Position numbers and translations under genes: made by a program
Shown here: piece after piece, positions 28,305 to 37,772 of the stretch
Layout: every line of letters starts with the position of its first letter
Numbering within the stretch: the stretch's first letter is position 1
Assembly (NCBI GenBank): GCA_040755995.1
Contig: JBFMAF010000055.1
Location: 128,001-192,000 of the forward strand
Length of the DNA: 64,000 nt
Source of the DNA: Acidobacteriota bacterium
GTDB lineage: Bacteria > Acidobacteriota > CAIWXX01
Direction of reading: 5' to 3'
Notes under the pieces: model-generated
Database searches by the model: none
Seen by the model: only the letters and a program-made list of their open reading frames with translations
What the model was told of the DNA's origin: nothing

Positions 28305-28928
28305 TCACACCCCCCTCCCTCTCTCCTTCGCTTTTTCAATCTCTACCGCCAGCTGGCCCAGGATCTCCCTCCACTCTTGCGCCGCCGGAGCCAACTGGTG
28401 ATCCAGGATGTCCGCCGTCTGCGTCCAGTCAGATCGCTCTCGCGCAGCCCGGATCGTGCGCAGCGTCCGGGACAGTTCCCTCATCTTGAGGTCGAGGCCG
28501 ATCACGTCATCATCGAGAGCCAGCAACGCCCGGGGGTAGCTCTCGTTCACTCCCTGGAGCATCTCCAGGAGGTTCTCCAAGCCGGCGAGCACAGGTGCGA
28601 GTGCATCGTCTCCCTCGGCGGTTCGGGACATGCGGTAGCTCAGGGCCACAGCGCCAATTCCTGCAGATGTCTCCAGCAGGAACTGTCGCATCAGACCGAT
28701 GCCGAGAAGGAGCAACGACTTGACGCGTGCGCTCTCGACACGGACCTCGTGAATAGCGTCGGTCGGAGTTTGAAGCAGCCCTGCATCGAGATGCGTCTCG
28801 GCACCGTCAACCAGAACACGGGAGATCGCGTGGCCCTCGTCCAGGTACCCCTCGGCTTCATATAGAAGCTCGAGCAGGCTGGCGGCGGAGCTCTCGTAGG
28901 GCCGGCCGTTCACAATCAGCGAAACCAT
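28305..28928 (-). CDS. hypothetical helical protein
   Basis: 207-aa ORF from MVSLIVNG, adjacent to galT; C-terminal DWTQTADILDHQLAP. Confidence 0.65.
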   Translation of the reverse strand: MVSLIVNGRPYESSAASLLELLYEAEGYLDEGHAISRVLVDGAETHLDAGLLQTPTDAIHEVRVESARVKSLLLLGIGLMRQFLLETSAGIGAVALSYRMSRTAEGDDALAPVLAGLENLLEMLQGVNESYPRALLALDDDVIGLDLKMRELSRTLRTIRAARERSDWTQTADILDHQLAPAAQEWREILGQLAVEIEKAKERGRGV

Positions 28929-28995
28929 GGCGTTGCTGTGCGCAGGAGACAGCGGAACCCCGCCTCGACAGGCCAGGGCAGGACCCCGCATCCTA

Positions 28996-29610
28996 CTACT
29001 TGTTCAGCGCCTCGTGAACCCGCCCAACCATCGCCGCCGACGGTGCGAGGGTCTTGTCCCCTTCGTCCTTCCACTTCGACGGGCATGCCTCGTTCTTCTT
29101 CTTGGAGAGGTATATGTTGGCCTTCAGCTTTCGTATCAGTTCCTCGACGTTGCGTCCGAGATTGTAGAAGTTGACCTCGGAATTCAGCAGGGTTCCTTCG
29201 GGGCTGATGAGAAACGCGCCGCGGAGCGCGAGGCCGGTCGCCTCGTCGTATACGCCGAACATGCGGCTGAGCTTGCCGGTCGGATCCGACCCCATCGGAT
29301 AACGAACTCCCGCCAGTTCCTTCTCGTCTCTCTGCCATGCCAGGTGCACGAACTTGGTGTCGGTACTGATCGTGATGAGCTCGGCGCCGAGCTTCTTCAT
29401 CCGCTCATACTGCTCTGCCAGAGCAGCAAACTCCGTCGCTCAAACGAAGGTGAAATCGGCAGGATAGAAGAACAGGATCGTCCACTTGTTCTGGGACTTC
29501 AAACTCTCCAGGTCGATCTTGCCAAAATCACCCGTCGCCGGGTTGTAGATTTCCAGCTCGAAGTTGGGCACGCTCTGCCCAATCCTCAAGATTGCCACTG
29601 GTTCCGACAT
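28996..29610 (-). CDS. ahpC: peroxiredoxin (AhpC/Prx1 type), selenocysteine-containing; in-frame TGA at 29440-29442
   Basis: Manual translation MSEPVAILRIGQSVPNFELE...WTILFFYPADFTFV-[TGA]-ATEFAALAEQYERMKKLG continues in frame into the 28996..29400 ORF (ISTDTKFVHLAW, ALRGAFLISPEG, EACPSKW); RBS AGGAGGG upstream. Confidence 0.9.
29408..29428 (-). promoter_or_regulatory. putative bacterial SECIS hairpin
   Basis: mRNA UGCUGCUCU-GGC-AGAGCAGUA: 9-bp stem (one G-U), G-first apical loop, starting 11 nt after the UGA. Confidence 0.75.
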
Positions 29611-29733
29611 GTCATCTCCCTCCTAATTTCTCGTAATTTACATCCCACCGCCGTTCCATCGATCGCTAATGATAGCATCCGCGTGAGGCAAATCCAACCG
29701 CAGCCGCGGGCATCGACGTTCGCGCGGCGCTGC

Positions 29734-31128
29734 TCAGGCGCGCACCCGGCCCGCGTAGGAGTGCCATGTGAAGAGCGCTGCTGCGAACACGACACAGTTC
29801 ACAAGTATCAGCGGCCAGTAAGGCGCTGCCGCCGGAAACGTGCATCGCAGTGCGAGCTCGACGTCGCCCATGCGTTCACGCAGGGCCAGCAGGGAGGGTG
29901 ATGTGAAGGGCTTGTAACGAAACCCGACGGACCAGATGACCGTCCAATGGATCGCCTGCAATGCGACGGCCGCCAGACCGGCGATGCGGAGCACGAGGTT
30001 GGGGAGGCCACGCGGGAATCCGGACAGGCTCATTCCGTACAGCAGGAACAGGACGGACACGGCGGGAGCGAGGTATCGCAGGTCGTGGGTCCCGCCTCCC
30101 CAGAAGAATTGCAGCTTCGACGTGAGCAGCAGCATGGCGGTCGCGAATGCGACCGCCAGCGTGCAGAAGGCGCGATTCGCACGCCAGAGGAACCGAGCGC
30201 CGATCAAGGCGGGAACGAATACGGGCTGCCATACCAGCAGTCCCCACTCGCGGGATCGGAGGATGCTCCAGAGACCGGTGAGCAGGGGGACGGTGTAGGC
30301 GGAGCCGACTCCGGTGACGGGCAGCGTGCTCAGGTGGTAGTCGTACGACAGAGCGAACGGCGACTTGAAGCAGGACCAGTTGTAGAAAAGGAAGAAGACC
30401 AGCACGGGCATGCCGCCCGCCACGAAGCCCGCCGCATCCCGGATCGCCTGGGTACGGCCCCCTCGCCGTGATCTCCAGGCCAGCGGGATGGCGGTCGCGG
30501 GAACCAGCAATGCCAGCTGATACTCGGTGATTGTCCCGAGGCCTGCCAGGACCCCCATCACCGCAGCGTGCCACCAGCGCCGGCAGTGGAGATAGTCGTA
30601 TGCAACCAGCAGGTAGATCAGCGTCAAGAGGGTGGCCAGCGCGTGCGAGAAGAAGACGTTCGCGTAGGTCCAGTTCAGGCTCCCAAGCGCGAAGCAGATC
30701 GAGGCGAAGCCTGCATGTGCCCGGCTGCCGGTCAATCGCAGCAGCAGGGCAAAAAGAACTGCCACGTTCAGAGCAGCGGCGAGATTCGACATGCTGACCG
30801 CATAGAAGAAAGGGTCGAAGCGAGCGTCAAGATGAAACCACTCGAGCAGAGAGCGACCCACGGCATAAAACGGCGCGGCGATGAGCGCATTGCCCGGGGG
30901 CCGGTCCGCAAAATAATGCCCGTCCACCACGGCCACGTCGAAGTAGTTCGTATAGTGTGCGAAGTCGTCGATGCAGAACGTTCGCTCCTCCACGATCGCC
31001 CGCAAGAGCGCGTAATGACAGCCGTCGTTAATGGACATCGGTGGAATGAACGAGGCGGCCGCGTAGAAACAGTACAGCGCACAGAGTGGAAGGGTGCGGA
31101 CGAGCGTATCTCGGATGTTCACCTTCAT
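29734..31128 (-). CDS. polytopic membrane protein, GT-C-fold glycosyltransferase-like
   Basis: About 10 TM segments; acidic first loop (SINDGCHY, FDVAVVDGHYFADRPPG); WGGG...RYLAP motif. Confidence 0.7.
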   Translation of the reverse strand: MKVNIRDTLVRTLPLCALYCFYAAASFIPPMSINDGCHYALLRAIVEERTFCIDDFAHYTNYFDVAVVDGHYFADRPPGNALIAAPFYAVGRSLLEWFHLDARFDPFFYAVSMSNLAAALNVAVLFALLLRLTGSRAHAGFASICFALGSLNWTYANVFFSHALATLLTLIYLLVAYDYLHCRRWWHAAVMGVLAGLGTITEYQLALLVPATAIPLAWRSRRGGRTQAIRDAAGFVAGGMPVLVFFLFYNWSCFKSPFALSYDYHLSTLPVTGVGSAYTVPLLTGLWSILRSREWGLLVWQPVFVPALIGARFLWRANRAFCTLAVAFATAMLLLTSKLQFFWGGGTHDLRYLAPAVSVLFLLYGMSLSGFPRGLPNLVLRIAGLAAVALQAIHWTVIWSVGFRYKPFTSPSLLALRERMGDVELALRCTFPAAAPYWPLILVNCVVFAAALFTWHSYAGRVRA

Positions 31129-31161
31129 CGTCGCAGGGTTTTCATCCGCTGGTACGGATCG

Positions 31162-32688
31162 TCAGCCCGCGTCACGATCCGGCGATCGCATTGTTGCCTT
31201 GCGGTGCGCTCTATTGCGGGGCGAATGGCGGCTGGATTCGCGCGCGATCAACCTCAGCAGTGTCGCGACCCCGTGTCCCGTCGCACCCTTTCCGCTGGCC
31301 GCGAGCTCTTTCTCCATGAACGCCGGCCCCGCGATGTCCAGGTGTACCCAGGGTGTGGATTCCACGAACTCCTTAAGGAACAGGCCTGCTTTGATGGCTC
31401 CTCCATCCTTTCCATACCCCGAGTTCTTGACGTCGGCGACGTCGCTCTTCAGAGTCTCCTTGTACTCCTCCAGCAACGGCAGCTCCCACACCCGCTCTCC
31501 GGCACCATCGGCCGCTTCCATGAGCGCTTTCTTCAGCCCCGCATCGTCCCCCATGAGACCGGTGCAGTTGGCTCCAAGAGCGATCACGCATGCCCCGGTC
31601 AGCGTGGCAAGATCGATGATCCAGTCCGGCTTCTGCCGTTCGGCATACACCAGCGCGTCGGCCAGGATCAGCCGCCCCTCTGCGTCGGTGTTCACGATCT
31701 CCACCGTCTTCCCGTTCATGATCCTGAGGATGTCGCCCGGCTTGTAAGCCGCCCCACCTGGCATGTTCTCCGTGGCGGGGATGATCCCTATCACTTCGGA
31801 GGACGGCCTCAGACGGGGCAGGGCGGCGAAAACCCCGAGCACCGAGGCGGCACCGGACATGTCGCACTTCATCGTTGCCATCCCGTCCGCGGTCTTCAAA
31901 TCGAGCCCGCCGCTGTCGAAGGTGATGCCCTTGCCGACCAGAGCGATTCTAATCGAGCCCCGCCGCGGCCGGTAGCGGATGACAATGAATCGCGGTTCCT
32001 CATGGCTCCCTCGCGCCACCCCCAGAATGCCGCCCATCCCCTGTCTCTCCATCCACTTCGCGTCCCGCACCTCGCATCGCACTCCGGCGCGACGGCGCTG
32101 GAGCTCGACGGCGCACCGCGCCAGATACCGGGGCGTGACAATCGAGGGGGGCTCGTTCACCAGGTCGCGCGCGTAACAGGCAGCCTCGCCGATGATCGTC
32201 CCCAGCCGAATGGCCTCCCGCCGCTCCCTGCTCTTCCTCCCCACCAGCACACGCACCGACCGTATCTCTTTGCGCTCCTCGACCCTCCTGTAACGGTCGA
32301 ACGTGTAGAGCGACAGTACGGCCATCTCGGCCAGCAGTGTCAATCGATCCGGGCTCATCGCCTTCGCATCCACTGCAAGAGTGCGGACGCCCGCATCCCT
32401 CGCCTTTCTGCAACCCAGGAACACCGCCCGGCGTCCCTTCACGCCGTCAGGCGAGTCGCCTGCCACGACGATCACCTGAGCTTGAATCTTCCCGGAAGTT
32501 TCGAAGATGGCCACATCCCCCGGCCGTCCCTTGAACATCTGCCTCGATAGCGCTCGCCTCAGGGCTCCATCCAACGCCCTGTCGATCGCCTCGACCTGCC
32601 CTTTCCATCCGGTGTCGACGAACACAAGCAACCCATCGACTGCAGAAGCGATCGGGTTTTCCGTACCGATTTCAACCTTCACGTGCAA
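31162..32688 (-). CDS. pepA: leucyl aminopeptidase (M17)
   Basis: LVGKGITFDSGG, MKCDMSGA, NTDAEGRLILAD, DLATLTGA, WVHLDIAG. Confidence 0.96.
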   Translation of the reverse strand: MHVKVEIGTENPIASAVDGLLVFVDTGWKGQVEAIDRALDGALRRALSRQMFKGRPGDVAIFETSGKIQAQVIVVAGDSPDGVKGRRAVFLGCRKARDAGVRTLAVDAKAMSPDRLTLLAEMAVLSLYTFDRYRRVEERKEIRSVRVLVGRKSRERREAIRLGTIIGEAACYARDLVNEPPSIVTPRYLARCAVELQRRRAGVRCEVRDAKWMERQGMGGILGVARGSHEEPRFIVIRYRPRRGSIRIALVGKGITFDSGGLDLKTADGMATMKCDMSGAASVLGVFAALPRLRPSSEVIGIIPATENMPGGAAYKPGDILRIMNGKTVEIVNTDAEGRLILADALVYAERQKPDWIIDLATLTGACVIALGANCTGLMGDDAGLKKALMEAADGAGERVWELPLLEEYKETLKSDVADVKNSGYGKDGGAIKAGLFLKEFVESTPWVHLDIAGPAFMEKELAASGKGATGHGVATLLRLIARESSRHSPRNRAHRKATMRSPDRDAG

Positions 32689-32842
32689 TCCTCCGTCTTC
32701 TCGCGCAATCCCACAGCATCATAGGTGCATTCGTGAACGTGGACGGATCGTTGTCCGCAGCCCCGTTCACGACCGCGATAAAGAAAGCGACCACGACCTT
32801 CTCCACGAAACACCTGCGGGCACGGCAGGGACCGCGTCGATG

Positions 32843-35236
32843 TCACTCCATGACGGCATCGACCGTGGGCGCGGCAGGGGCCTTGGGCACCAGCGCCTCC
32901 TTCAGCACCTCGCTGACTTCCTCGGTGAATATGAACGACATTTCTCTGCGGATCGGCGGGGGGATGTCATCGAGGTCCTTCCGGTTCTGAGCCGGCAGTA
33001 TGACCTTCCTGACGCCGGCACGCCTGGCCGCCAGCACCTTCTCCTTCACGCCGCCGATCGGCAGCACCGTGCCTCGCAGCGTGATCTCCCCCGTCATGGC
33101 TATGTCATGACGGACCGATTGGTTCGTCAAGGCGGAGATCATAGCCACTGCCATCGTGATGCCGGCCGACGGGCCGTCCTTGGGGATCGACCCCTCGGGG
33201 ATGTGAACGTGGATGTCGTGTTCTCCGAAGACCTGGTCCGGGATCTCGAATTCGGCGGCGTGCGTTCTCGAGAAGCTGAGAGCGGCGTGCGCCGACTCCT
33301 TCATGACTTCGCCGAGGTGGCCGGTGAGCAGGAGGCTTCCTTTGCCCTTCATCACAGTGGCCTCGATGAACAGCACGTCGCCGCCGGTCGCAGTCCATGC
33401 CAGGCCCGTCGCAACACCGACACGATCCTTCTTCATCGTCTCTTCGCGGAAGATGCGCGGCGGGCCGAGAAGCTTCTCGACGCGCGAACCGCTCAGGATC
33501 TTGGGCACCTCCTTGCCCTCGGCAATCCTGCGCGCCACCTTGCGACAGATCGATGCCACCTCGCGCTCGAAGTTCCGCAGCCCGGCCTCCCGCGTGTACT
33601 CACCGATAATCCGGCGCAGCGCCCCTTCTCCGAAGCGGAACGTGCCGGCCAGTATGCCGTTCTCCTGCATCTGCTTCGGGATGATATGGCGGTACCCGAT
33701 CTGTATCTTCTCCTCCTCGGTGTAGCCCGAAAGGAAGATCACCTCCATCCTGTCGCGGAACGCGGGATGGATCGGATCGAGGAGGTTGGCAGTAGTAATG
33801 AACATGACGTTGGACAGGTCGAAGGGGACGCCCAGATAGTGGTCACGGAAGCTGAAGTTCTGCTCGGGGTCGAGCACTTCCAGCAGCGCGGATGACGGGT
33901 CGCCGCGGAAATCGGCCCCGATCTTGTCCACCTCGTCCAGCATGAACACAGGGTTGCTCGATCCACAAGTGTGGATGCCCTGAACGATGCGGCCCGGCAT
34001 CGCCCCCACGTAGGTGCGCCTGTGCCCGCGGATCTCCGCTTCGTCGCGGACTCCACCGAGCGACATACGGTAGAACTTGCGCCCAAGCGCCCGGGCAATG
34101 GACCGGCCCAGCGATGTCTTGCCAACGCCGGGTGGACCAACGAAGCAGAGGATAGGCCCTTTCATCTTGTCCTTGAGCTTCCGGACCGCCAGGTACTCCA
34201 GGATCCGCTCCTTCACCTTCTCCAGGCCGTAGTGATCCTCGTCGAGGATCTTGTGCGCGGCGGCTATGTCCAGGTTGTCTTCCGTCTGGACGGACCACGG
34301 AAGGTCCACCATCCAGTCCAGGTAGTTGCGAATTGTGGCGGTCTCGGCCGAGTCCGGGTGCATCCTCTCCAGTTTCTTGATCTGCCTCTCGACCTCCTCC
34401 TCCACCGACGACGGCATCTTCGCCTTCGCCACCTTCTCGTGATAGTGCTTGATCTCCTCGGCCAGCTCGTTGCCCTCGCCCAGTTCCTGTTGGATCGCCT
34501 TGAGCTGCTGCCGCATGAAGTATTCCCGCTGCACCTTGTCCATCTCGCCTTTGGCTTGGGTGGAGATCTGTTGCTGGATCGTCAGCAGCTCCACCTCGCG
34601 ATTCAGAATGCTGTGCACCTTCTGAAGACGGTCGACGGGCGCGAGCACCTCCAGCACCTCCTGAGCCTCCGCGACCTTGAGCTCGAAGTTGGACGCAATC
34701 AAGTCGGCCAGCCGGCCGGGGTCCTCCATGTTCTGGACCACCACCTGGATCTCCGGCGATATCTGTTTGCCGAGGCTGGTGGCCCTGTCGAGAATAGCCT
34801 TGACATTCCTGACCAGAGCCATTGTCTGCATGTTTGCGCGGTCGACCTCCGGCTCGTTCAAGATCTCGAGGGCGCTCTCCATGTACTCCTTACTCATGTC
34901 TACCTGAGCGAGACTCGCGCGCGCCAACCCCTGAACCAGAACCCGGATGCGGTTGTCAGGCAGTTTCAGCATGCGCATGATCATCGCCACCGTCCCCACC
35001 TTGTAGATGTCTTCCTCGACCAGGTCCTCCTTCTCGCCCTCCCGCTGCGCGACCAAGAGGATCATACGGTTGTGAGTCAACGCCTGATCCACGGCCTTTA
35101 TCGACTTCTCACGGCTGACGTACAACGGGACGATCATGAAGGGAAACACCACGATGTCCCGCAGCGCCAGCAAGGGCAGCGCGGCCGGTATCTGGAGCTC
35201 CTGTTCCTTCCCTTCGTTCGCCTCTGATTCACCCAC
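32843..35236 (-). CDS. lon: ATP-dependent protease La
   Basis: LON N domain, GPPGVGKTS, LDEVDK, PKDGPSAG, TGEITLRG..LPIGGVKEK. Confidence 0.97.
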   Translation of the reverse strand: MGESEANEGKEQELQIPAALPLLALRDIVVFPFMIVPLYVSREKSIKAVDQALTHNRMILLVAQREGEKEDLVEEDIYKVGTVAMIMRMLKLPDNRIRVLVQGLARASLAQVDMSKEYMESALEILNEPEVDRANMQTMALVRNVKAILDRATSLGKQISPEIQVVVQNMEDPGRLADLIASNFELKVAEAQEVLEVLAPVDRLQKVHSILNREVELLTIQQQISTQAKGEMDKVQREYFMRQQLKAIQQELGEGNELAEEIKHYHEKVAKAKMPSSVEEEVERQIKKLERMHPDSAETATIRNYLDWMVDLPWSVQTEDNLDIAAAHKILDEDHYGLEKVKERILEYLAVRKLKDKMKGPILCFVGPPGVGKTSLGRSIARALGRKFYRMSLGGVRDEAEIRGHRRTYVGAMPGRIVQGIHTCGSSNPVFMLDEVDKIGADFRGDPSSALLEVLDPEQNFSFRDHYLGVPFDLSNVMFITTANLLDPIHPAFRDRMEVIFLSGYTEEEKIQIGYRHIIPKQMQENGILAGTFRFGEGALRRIIGEYTREAGLRNFEREVASICRKVARRIAEGKEVPKILSGSRVEKLLGPPRIFREETMKKDRVGVATGLAWTATGGDVLFIEATVMKGKGSLLLTGHLGEVMKESAHAALSFSRTHAAEFEIPDQVFGEHDIHVHIPEGSIPKDGPSAGITMAVAMISALTNQSVRHDIAMTGEITLRGTVLPIGGVKEKVLAARRAGVRKVILPAQNRKDLDDIPPPIRREMSFIFTEEVSEVLKEALVPKAPAAPTVDAVME

Positions 35237-35251
35237 CTCACCACCTCCGTG

Positions 35252-35698
35252 TTATTCCTCTTCGACCGGCACCTCGATCTCAGATCCACGTCGATCCCTG
35301 ATGATCGGCAGCTTGACAGTCAGCACCCCGTCCTTCAGCCGCGCTGTCGTATTGCGCGCGTCGACAATCTGCGGCATGTGAACTACTTTCTCAAAGCGCC
35401 CGTGCGAGATCTCCATACAGTGAAAACATACGAGAGCGTTTTGCGGATAGCGCGTCGGACGCTTAAGGCCACGGACGAAAACCGCGTTCGAGCGAATCAG
35501 AACGCTGATCTCCCCACGCTCGATCCCGGGCAGGTCCACCCTGATGAACACATGCTCGCCCTTCTGAAAGACATCGGACGGCGGGTCCCACAAGCCGGCG
35601 GTGGATCCAGTAGGAGACTCCAGGAAGCGCTCGAAGAGACTGTTGATCTCTTGGTGGATCCTGGCGAGATGAGGGTACTGATAGACGCTCTTTGGCAT
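35252..35698 (-). CDS. Hsp20/alpha-crystallin small heat-shock protein
   Basis: P.SDV...VDLPGI, EISHGRFEKV, ARLKDGVLTVKLP; directly upstream of lon. Confidence 0.88.
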   Translation of the reverse strand: MPKSVYQYPHLARIHQEINSLFERFLESPTGSTAGLWDPPSDVFQKGEHVFIRVDLPGIERGEISVLIRSNAVFVRGLKRPTRYPQNALVCFHCMEISHGRFEKVVHMPQIVDARNTTARLKDGVLTVKLPIIRDRRGSEIEVPVEEE

Positions 35699-35929
35699 TC
35701 AATGCCTCCGATCTCTTCGGCGGACGATACACGCGGGACCTGTCTCCAATGTCGCGACTCGGTTCATTCATTGCCTATTGTAACCGCGCCAGCGAACTCG
35801 AGGCAAGGAGGCCCGGCCCACCGAGCGCGTGCGCGCGTACGGGCCGGCAGCCTGGGTTCGTCCGAGGAAGACGCCAGCCTGACTCGAGCACTCGACGTCC
35901 AAGGCAGCACGTCCGAAGGATTCCTGCTG

Positions 35930-36421
35930 CTACCGCCTTCTCGACCCCTTGGCTCGGCCGCGCTTGCTGCCCGTGCGGAGCAATCCCTCGACCTCGGACA
36001 TGAACTCGCCCAGCGCCTTGAAACGCCGATAGACAGAGGCAAATCGAACGTATGCCACTTTGTCCAGCTTCTTCAGCTTCTCCATCAGGTACGCCCCGAT
36101 CTCCTTGGTGGAGATCTCCTTCTCCGGCTTCTCCTGCAACATCGATTCGACATTGTCGGCCAGGCGCTCGAGCTTGCCGGCTGCAATCGGGCGCTTCTCG
36201 CAGGCCTTCATGAGGCCGTGCAGAAGCTTCTGGCGGTCGAACGGTTCCCGGCGGCCATCCTTCTTCACGACCATGTACGGTATCTCCTCGATCCGCTCAT
36301 AGCTCGTGAATCGCCGCCCGCAGCCGAGGCACTCCCGCCGCCGGCGGATCGCGTCGCCTTCCTTGCTCTCCCGTGAGTCGACCACCTTGTCGTCCAGGCA
36401 TTCACAGAAGGGACATCTCAT
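35930..36421 (-). CDS. nrdR: transcriptional repressor NrdR
   Basis: MRCPFC...DKVVDSR...[21 protein letters not shown]-cone, [10 protein letters not shown]. Confidence 0.96.
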   Translation of the reverse strand: MRCPFCECLDDKVVDSRESKEGDAIRRRRECLGCGRRFTSYERIEEIPYMVVKKDGRREPFDRQKLLHGLMKACEKRPIAAGKLERLADNVESMLQEKPEKEISTKEIGAYLMEKLKKLDKVAYVRFASVYRRFKALGEFMSEVEGLLRTGSKRGRAKGSRRR

Positions 36422-36492
36422 CCGCCGGACCCCCCTTTCGAGTCTGCTCCATCTTACCACAAGTGTCGAAAGAATTGGATTTCGGGGTGCCC

Positions 36493-36516
36493 GGGCGACG
36501 CGTGCGTCGCCCCTAC
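36493..36516 (-). repeat. GTAG-family REP element
   Basis: Minus strand GTAG-GGGCGACGC-AC-GCGTCGCCC; its TAG is the stop codon of the upstream gene. Confidence 0.75.
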
Positions 36517-37556
36517 GGGGCGTTCGTCGGTTCCTCCTCCAGATCGCTCTCCCGCTGCCCCAGCTCCCGCACCTGTGATATGGAGAAGCCCTCGCGCGAC
36601 GCATAGTAGAGCCCGTGGACGATCGGCGGGAGAACCAGCAGGGCGTGGAGAACGATGGTTGTCGAGACGGCCAGATTCGGGTCGACTCCCCAAAGCTGGA
36701 CGAGGCCGATCTTCATGCCGGCATGGAAGCCGCCGACCATGCCTGGGGTCGGGATAGCGACTCCAAGCACGAGGATCGCCTGGACGGGGAAGGTGAGGAG
36801 GAACGGCAGGTCAATGCCAAAGGCCCGGATGCAGATCCAGATAGATGTGCAGATGCCGGTCCACAGGGCGAGCGAGTAGAAGCCGATGAGAAAGAACGTC
36901 CTGAAGTCGTGGTAGACATTCAGTCCTGCGACGAAAGATTTGAGAAAGTGCATGACCCGCCGGTACAGCCGGTCGGGCAGCACAGAGGCCAGGCGGCCGA
37001 AGAGCCGCATCGCGAGGTCGCTCCTCAGCTTCAACAGCACGATCGCGACAACCGCTGCGGCCGTGATGGCCAGAGCGATGAGCCCGACGCGGTGGACGGC
37101 AGAAAGCATCGCCTCGGACCCGCGCCGGGGTACATATGCCTCGAACAGGTAGTACACTTGCAGCAACACCAGGATCGCCAGCGTGTCTACGATGCGCTCG
37201 AGCACCACCGTGGCGAAAGCCGACGTCTTGCTGATCTTCTCCCTTATCCCCAGCAGCACCGGCCGGACAATCTCGCCCAGGCGTCCGGGGAACAGGAAGC
37301 TGATCATGAACCCGATCATCATGGAGGACATCAGAGGCGGGATCGGGATACGCTTGATCGGGGCAAGGAAGCACTGCCAGCGGACGGCTCGCAGGAGGAA
37401 CAATAGAGGCTGAAGAAGGACGACGAGAGCCAGAAGCCAGGGGTTGGCCGCCCCCATGTTCGTCGTCACATCTCTCCAGTTCGTACTTCGCAGGAAGAAA
37501 TAGAGCAGTACAACGGCCAACAGAAAGCCGATCAGCAGCTTCAGTTTGCCTTTCAT
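36513..37556 (-). CDS. lysylphosphatidylglycerol synthase TM-region/UPF0104 flippase-like membrane protein
   Basis: [36 protein letters not shown]. Confidence 0.88.
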   Translation of the reverse strand: MKGKLKLLIGFLLAVVLLYFFLRSTNWRDVTTNMGAANPWLLALVVLLQPLLFLLRAVRWQCFLAPIKRIPIPPLMSSMMIGFMISFLFPGRLGEIVRPVLLGIREKISKTSAFATVVLERIVDTLAILVLLQVYYLFEAYVPRRGSEAMLSAVHRVGLIALAITAAAVVAIVLLKLRSDLAMRLFGRLASVLPDRLYRRVMHFLKSFVAGLNVYHDFRTFFLIGFYSLALWTGICTSIWICIRAFGIDLPFLLTFPVQAILVLGVAIPTPGMVGGFHAGMKIGLVQLWGVDPNLAVSTTIVLHALLVLPPIVHGLYYASREGFSISQVRELGQRESDLEEEPTNAP

Positions 37557-37772
37557 GATTCAGTCACCGTGTGAGGATGCGACAAGATTCCTGCGACCTG
37601 CGCGCTGTTCGGCCGGCTGTCCCACGGGGCCGGTGGGCACCGAGCTCCCGCGGCAGCGGTCTCGGCATCTCTGCACTCCGATCGGCCCGGCGACACCGAC
37701 CGTCCTCCATCCGACATGAGCGTATATTCTCTTCAGGTGCCAGGCGCGATTCTCAGTCGATCGGCAAGATGA

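Noticed and set aside
28996..29610. Peroxiredoxin as a nonsense pseudogene
   Set aside because: The stop is TGA exactly at the catalytic Cys, both halves are intact and in frame, and a SECIS-like hairpin follows
30568..32550. Long antisense ORFs (e.g. 660 aa here; also 22146-23762, 32507-33895, 38819-40306) and the alternate-frame ORF 41277-43076
   Set aside because: Shadow ORFs overlapping well-supported genes, expected from high-GC codon bias, with low-information composition
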